Source of the DNA: Promethearchaeia archaeon
GTDB taxonomy: Archaea > Asgardarchaeota > Lokiarchaeia > Sigyniarchaeales > SOKP01
NCBI GenBank assembly: GCA_046483985.1
Contig: JAWOCD010000016.1
Coordinates: forward strand, 34,704 to 98,703
DNA length: 64,000 nt
Direction: 5' to 3'
Shown: positions 60,846-64,000 of the stretch, in pieces
Position numbering within the stretch: the stretch's first letter is position 1
Layout: each line of letters begins with the position of its first letter
Position numbers and translations under genes: made by a program
The notes under the pieces: generated by a model
Seen by the model: only the letters and a program-made list of their open reading frames with translations
Databases searched by the model: none
Told to the model about the DNA's origin: nothing

Positions 60846-60996
60846 CCGTATTGGAGAAATATATAATATTCTAATTAAATTTTGAGAAATAATTTCTTTC
60901 TTATGTGGTATGTACTCTTTAAAAAAATTTGCTTCCTCTAAGATGAAATTTAAATCTCCCTAGTAACATTTATTTGCCAGATTCAAAGTTTTTTAT

Positions 60997-61320
60997 CAAA
61001 AAAGCAAAAGAAAACTACATCCTTTAGGATGGAAATGAATTCTACGTTTAAATCATTAAATATCGTAAGATCATATTTTTAAATAGGTCAATATCTAACT
61101 TATAATTATATTTATTATCGTAATTATAAAAAGAAGCAAAACCGTAATTACGACATTATCGTAATTATAAAAAGAAGCAAAACCGTAATTACGACATTAT
61201 CGTAATTATAAAAAGAAGCAAAACCGTAATTTACGGTTGGAGAACCAAGCCATATTGTCTAATGTACTAATCACGCATTAGAGATTATAAATCTCACGCT
61301 TTTAGGCTTGAGTAATTCAA
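60997..61320 (+). mobile_element. IS605-derived MITE containing a tandem repeat
   Basis: Left-end-like CATCCTTTAGGATG..ATGAATTC; right end CTCACGCTTTTAGGCTTGAGTAATTCAA. Confidence 0.6.
61114..61231 (+). repeat. 41-bp tandem repeat, about 2.9 copies
   Basis: ATTATCGTAATTATAAAAAGAAGCAAAACCGTAATTACGAC repeated without spacers. Confidence 0.95.
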
Positions 61321-61372
61321 AGGGTTCAAATATTCTCAAATACAACTATAAAAGAAGATAAATTGAGAAGAT

Positions 61373-63754
61373 ATGATTTTTTCTAAAAAAAATAAGGATA
61401 AATTTAAAAGTGCTGGCAATATTAAAAAAGTTGAAGAGATTGAGCGAGGTCTCTCCTTAGAGTTTGAAAGCGCAAAAGGGAAGATCCACATCTTTTCTCC
61501 AGAACTTCTTCAATTTGTAATGACTTTCAATGAAGAATTTGATCTGAAACATTCTTATGCAGTCATTAAGCCCTTGGAAGAATGGGATAAATGTGAATAT
61601 GATATTGATATTTCCTCGAAAAGAATTACAATTACCACTGATAGTCTTATATGTACAATCGCACGAAATCCTTATAGCTTACTTATTAATGAAAATAAGC
61701 CCAACGAAAAGGTTTTATGCGAAGATCTTAAGAACAGTTTTGGAGCTTGTGTCCATCAAGAGGAGGGTATTGTCCGCTCGTACAAGAAGCTCAAAAAAAA
61801 GACTCATTTTTATGGCTTTGGCGAAAAATCAGGTCCTTTAGACAAAAAGGGCGAACATCTAATTATGCACGGACGGGATTCCCCATACAAAGCTAAGGGA
61901 CCATTATATCAAAATCATCCTTATTTTATACAGATACGGGATGGAATTGCGCATGGACTCTTTTTAGATAATATTTCTAAAACAACCTTTGATATGGGAA
62001 ATAAGAACTCAGAAGAATACTATTTTGATGTGGATACTGGAGATTTAAATTATTATTTTATCTATGGACCCACTATTGATGATATTTTGAATAGGTATAC
62101 AGAACTCACCGGAAGAATTGAGATGCCACCTAAATGGAGCATCGGTTATCATCAATGCCGTTATTCTTATGAAAATAAAGAGGAGATAAAAGAAATTACA
62201 TCGAAATTTCGGGAACACTCCATCCCGTGCGACACCATCTGGTTTGACATCCATTACATGAGAGGTTATCGCACCTTTACCTTCGACCATGACCGTTTTC
62301 CCGACCCAGAGGCCATTATGAAAGACCTAAAGCAGAATGGATTTAAACCAGTAGTGATTGTAGATCCTGGTATTAAGGTGGATGAAGATTATCAAATTTA
62401 TCAAGAATTGATTAAAAATGAATATTATACCCCCAAAGAGAATGGGGAGCCTTCGATAGGTTTAGTCTGGCCGGGCCTTACGAATTTTCCCGACTTTACA
62501 CGAGAAGAAGTGCGTGAATGGTGGGCGGATAAGCATAACTTCTATTTCAATCTGGGGGTGGAGGGAATCTGGAATGACATGAATGAACCTGCCTTTAGTA
62601 TAAACTTCCTTAAATCCAAAATAAGGCGGATAGACCATCAAGATATGTATTTAGACAACCAAGGGCGTCATACTCCCATTGAGGAATGTAAAAACATTTA
62701 CGCTTTATGTGAATCTATGGCCACATGGAAAGGTTTTAAAAAATATATGCCCGACAAACGTCCATTTATTTTGACCCGATCGGGATTTGCAGGGATCCAA
62801 CGCTATGCGGCCATATGGACCGGGGACAATTGGACTAACTGGAGTAATATAACATTAGCAACTCGAATGCTTGTTAATCTTAATCTTTCGGCCCAAGTGT
62901 TTGTAGGTTCTGATATTGGAGGCTTTGCGGGAATCTTAAAATATGTACTCCACGATAAAAAGCAATTCATTCGATGGATACAATCTGGAGTATTTTATCC
63001 CTTCTGCAGAGTGCATACTTGTAATGGCAGTAAAGATCAAGACCCTTTTTCATACGGCGAGAAAGCCCAAGCAATTTCAAAGAGATATATTAAACTGCGA
63101 TACAAACTGCTTCCCTATTGGTATACACTTTTCTATAACGCTTATGAAGAGGGTTCACCTATTTTAAGGCCCTTGTTTTATCAATCGTTAGAAGATGAAC
63201 AGTGTTTTGAACAAGAATTTGAAAATCAGTTCTTTGTGGGAAAGGATATGTTGATTATCCCTATCGGTAAGCGCCGTATAGAGAATAAGTTAGTTTATTT
63301 ACCAGAAGGAGATTGGGTGCATTATTGGAACTTAAAGGAATACGAAGGGGGAAAGACCCATATTATCCCAGTTACCTTAGAAGATATACCAATATTTGTG
63401 CGGAAAGGGGCAATTATTACTATGCAAGAATCTGTTGATTATATTGGTCAGAAACCGATTGAAACATTAATTCTGAAGATATTTTTGGGAGATCCCGGAA
63501 CTTCTACTTCCATTACCGTTTACGAAGACGATGGAAGCTCAATGGAATACGCAAATAAGGATATGTTTTGTACCCTCACCATGAGATGCCAATTTGAGGA
63601 TAGTTACTGTTCCCTCTTGCTTAATCCTCTTAAGAGTGATTATACCCCTTCTTGGAAGCAAATTAAGTGTGAACTCTATGCTGACGGAGAGAAAAAGAAA
63701 GAAGAGATTGTACCATTTGACCGGAGAGGAAAAACAATTGACATTTCCTTTTAG
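61373..63754 (+). CDS. Glycoside hydrolase family 31 (alpha-glucosidase-like)
   Basis: GYHQCRYSY, WFDIHYM, GIWNDMNEP, WTGDN, GSDIGGF, FCRVH. Confidence 0.95.
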   Translation: MIFSKKNKDKFKSAGNIKKVEEIERGLSLEFESAKGKIHIFSPELLQFVMTFNEEFDLKHSYAVIKPLEEWDKCEYDIDISSKRITITTDSLICTIARNPYSLLINENKPNEKVLCEDLKNSFGACVHQEEGIVRSYKKLKKKTHFYGFGEKSGPLDKKGEHLIMHGRDSPYKAKGPLYQNHPYFIQIRDGIAHGLFLDNISKTTFDMGNKNSEEYYFDVDTGDLNYYFIYGPTIDDILNRYTELTGRIEMPPKWSIGYHQCRYSYENKEEIKEITSKFREHSIPCDTIWFDIHYMRGYRTFTFDHDRFPDPEAIMKDLKQNGFKPVVIVDPGIKVDEDYQIYQELIKNEYYTPKENGEPSIGLVWPGLTNFPDFTREEVREWWADKHNFYFNLGVEGIWNDMNEPAFSINFLKSKIRRIDHQDMYLDNQGRHTPIEECKNIYALCESMATWKGFKKYMPDKRPFILTRSGFAGIQRYAAIWTGDNWTNWSNITLATRMLVNLNLSAQVFVGSDIGGFAGILKYVLHDKKQFIRWIQSGVFYPFCRVHTCNGSKDQDPFSYGEKAQAISKRYIKLRYKLLPYWYTLFYNAYEEGSPILRPLFYQSLEDEQCFEQEFENQFFVGKDMLIIPIGKRRIENKLVYLPEGDWVHYWNLKEYEGGKTHIIPVTLEDIPIFVRKGAIITMQESVDYIGQKPIETLILKIFLGDPGTSTSITVYEDDGSSMEYANKDMFCTLTMRCQFEDSYCSLLLNPLKSDYTPSWKQIKCELYADGEKKKEEIVPFDRRGKTIDISF

Positions 63755-64000
63755 AAATAAAAGATAAAAATCTCTTAATCCTTCTTAACACTTTTTTAAA
63801 TCAGCTAAATGAGTGTATTTTAGAATTTAAATAATGAATCGAAAATTAAAAATCTATCAACTAAGGGCGACAAAATTTTCATCTATATCACCTTGAGATT
63901 TGTCGGAAAAAAAGTGTGCTCAAGAATGATCAAGACTCGCAATTTTCTCATCGAAAATGGACAAAAAAGACGATTTTCCTTCAAAAAACATCATCCCATC

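Noticed and set aside
61114-61231. Possible CRISPR array
   Set aside because: Units are contiguous and identical with no unique spacers, and no cas genes are in the window.
351-63167. Many 60-135-aa ORFs overlapping or antisense to long genes (e.g. 5640, 22392, 32792, 38496, 44405, 59189)
   Set aside because: Shadow ORFs of well-supported genes with no motifs of their own.

Overview
AT-rich archaeal chromosomal segment, most likely from an Asgard archaeon of the Lokiarchaeia type. This assignment is an inference from Rag-like GTPases, roadblock and longin-like proteins, a JAMM-TPR protein, archaeal isoprenoid genes and BHB-type tRNA introns. Left to right the window holds: (1) a ~12.5 kb mevalonate/isoprenoid cluster (AcnX subunits, GGPP synthase, IPK-IDI2 fusion, MVK, class II HMGR, a decarboxylase remnant, extended HMGS, UppS); (2) an uncharacterised operon with a GCS2-type ligase and an amidohydrolase; (3) eukaryotic-signature-type proteins; (4) a Thermotoga-type inositol catabolic set (iolG/M/N/O); (5) housekeeping and sugar genes. 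The strongest signal lies outside the ORF track. All five tRNA genes are interrupted, by 10-11 short (29-34 nt) BHB-type introns, none at the canonical 37/38 site. They include a tRNA-Phe with four introns and a tRNA-Met with an apparent tandem intron pair, and most introns share an NNTTC-type apical loop. Also missed by the ORF track: a UGA-containing (UxxC) peroxiredoxin-like selenoprotein candidate with a 3'-UTR hairpin, a probable ATT-initiated roadblock gene, about 11 IS200/IS605-derived ends or MITEs (two may retain omegaRNA), and several eroded gene fragments. All calls were made by eye from motifs; no searches were run.
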